Below, one piece after another: positions 62,399 through 64,000 of a DNA stretch of 64,000 nucleotides (within the stretch, counting starts at the first letter, position 1; each line of letters opens with the position of its first letter). The translations under genes were made by a program, and so were the position numbers. Origin of the DNA: Squalus acanthias. Its lineage: Eukaryota. The DNA lies in the NCBI GenBank assembly GCA_030390025.1, contig CM059425.1, positions 168,022,001 to 168,086,000 of the forward strand. The letters are read 5' to 3'. The notes beneath the pieces are model-generated. The model was not told the DNA's origin. It ran no database searches and saw only the letters and a program-made list of their open reading frames with translations.

Positions 62399-62930
62399 CT
62401 AATCACCCTTGTACATTCCCTTAGTGTCTGTCTTTCGTGTACCTTTTCCTACTCTAGAGCTCCTACAAAGTCCCTCAGTGGCTGCAGCATGGCTGGTGGA
62501 AGGCTGCTGACTTTCAGTAGGGGAGACAGCAAATGGCCTTGTAGGACCACCTTGAGCAGCTCTGGGCCTAGAAGGCCTGGCTGTATACTGCACCACCTCG
62601 GCATGGGCAGCAGCAGTCTGGGCTGGCTGGATGACAGGCAGCAGCAAGGGCACTGGCAGAGTGGCAATGGTGGGAGTAGGAATGCTGTCATCCTGAGAGA
62701 GGACAGCAGGTTCTTGCTCCATGGAGCCACTGCCACTCCCCGTGGCGCGCCTCAGCATTCCTAGCCATCTGTTGGGGGACAGATTGCTGGAGTGCTGTAA
62801 GACCCTGCAAGCCCCTTTCCACACTCGTAAACCCAGCGATGATGGCAGCAGTCTGAGCTTCGACTGCAGCACTGAGACATTGGGTCGCTCTCTCTGTGCT
62901 GCAATGAAAGCTGTGGCATCGCCCATCACA
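62399..62930 (-). pseudogene. 3' exon of Harbinger Myb/SANT-like partner gene
   Basis: AVLSQDDSI..PTESQQPSTSHAAAT..KGTRKTDTKGMYKGD, homologous to 8132-8713. Confidence 0.8.
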
Positions 62931-63057
62931 GGTTCTAGTAATTTCCCCACAACTGACGTTGGACTAAATTTCCTAGTTGATCTCTAATACCCTTCTTAAA
63001 TAATAATAGAATGACATTGGCAGTTTTCCAATCCAAGGGGACAGTTTCAGAATCAAA
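62931..63057 (-). mobile_element. Old CR1 RT fragment
   Basis: DSETVPLDWKTANVILLLFKKG. Confidence 0.7.
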
Positions 63058-63902
63058 GGGCTGGATTTTGCCAATGGGGAGCTTTTGGAGGCAGGACTCC
63101 CACTTGTCGGGTTTTAGTCCCGCCTCCATCAACTTCTGGCCAACCCACGCTATTTTCCCTTGATTGACCTTGTTAAGCCCGCCCAGCGGGCTTAGCAAGC
63201 CAATTAAGGGGAAGCCGGTTACAGAGAACGTCAGCGTATGACATTTCATCTGTCAAAAGTTTTTGACAGATGAATTGTCATCATTTGACAGCTTTGAGAA
63301 ACTGTCAAACACTGACATTCTCTGTTGTTTGGTGAGATCTTGTACTCAAGGCTCACCAAACCTATTTTGTGAGCAGAAAGCAGATGGCTGTTGCATCGGA
63401 GAATGCAGCAACCATCTGTCATCTCTGCCGGTGAGATGCCAGAGCCTCCACATCCCCAACGATTGTAGCCTGCAGGAAGAAACAAAGGTAAGTAAACTTT
63501 TTCTATCACTTTTCACTCACCTCACATACTTACCTCTCCACACTTGCACCCATCACTCACCTCCACAGCGCACTTTTGGACCCCTCCGACCCCCGCAGAC
63601 TCACTGCTCGCCTCGCTGACCCTGGCGGGGTTTCCCGATGTCGGGAAGCCCGCACCTATGATGGAAAAATGGGGATAATCCTCTTAACTGCTTGTTAACT
63701 ATCTGTTAACAGGCAGTTAAGTGGCTGTAATCCCCTTCCCACCTCCAGGAGACGGGACTCGGCGCGGGTCAGGTACCCGCCTCCTGGGAAGATGGCATGG
63801 AGGCGGGTTGGGGGCGGGATGGGTATCTGCCCCCAGATTCTGCCATTTTCCCAGCAGTCCCGCCTCCAAACCCGCCTCCCCAGGGCTGGGAAGATCGCCC
63901 CC
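63058..63902. mobile_element. Harbinger-type non-autonomous element / MITE
   Basis: Ends gggctggattttgcc..tttggaggcaggact / agtcccgcctccaaac..gaagatcgcccc; ttaagcccgcccagcggg subterminal block shared with 28980 and 53500. Confidence 0.7.
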
Positions 63903-64000
63903 TTGGTTTCTGGTACAAAGGCAAATGGGGATTTTTCTGCACTGGTTCAGTAGTGTATCAATACGTTTCAGACAAAGGAATAGTATCTGAGTTTATCACT

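Larger units (their letters stand above)
60636..62930 (+). mobile_element. PIF/Harbinger DNA transposon, decayed, right end missing
   Basis: Left end homologous to 7241; transposase plus convergent 3' exon of the Myb-like gene. Confidence 0.9.

Noticed and set aside
1..64000. CRISPR array, prokaryotic systems, Fanzor/TnpB, endogenous virus
   Set aside because: No repeat-spacer array and no ORF with recognisable RuvC or viral motifs; highly decayed relics cannot be excluded without profile searches.

Overview
Eukaryotic, repeat-dense intronic or intergenic DNA. The HE1-like V-SINE and SacSINE1-like Deu-SINEs point to a cartilaginous fish, probably a shark (inference). No intact host protein-coding gene, rRNA, true tRNA gene or CRISPR array is supported; nearly all long ORFs in the track are LINE ORF2 fragments or Harbinger genes. 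The window holds (i) many CR1-clade LINE copies plus L2 and RTE fragments; (ii) tRNA-derived SINEs; (iii) four PIF/Harbinger elements (decayed transposase plus convergent Myb/SANT-like gene) and about a dozen related MITEs, several with 3-bp TSDs; (iv) one hAT-type MITE with an 8-bp TSD; (v) several Penelope-like element (PLE) pseudo-LTR pieces carrying minimal hammerhead ribozyme (HHR) motifs. The most notable structure is at 27721-28259: two identical 167-bp repeats 372 bp apart, each with a minimal HHR, no coding ORF between them and a flanking TSD. It looks like a young retrozyme-like element that could release a 372-nt, possibly circular, RNA. About 350 bp away, a second PLE family forms an ~80-bp-arm hairpin with its own HHR and a 14-bp TSD. 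Family names come from recognising motifs by eye, not from database searches, and boundaries of degenerate elements are approximate.
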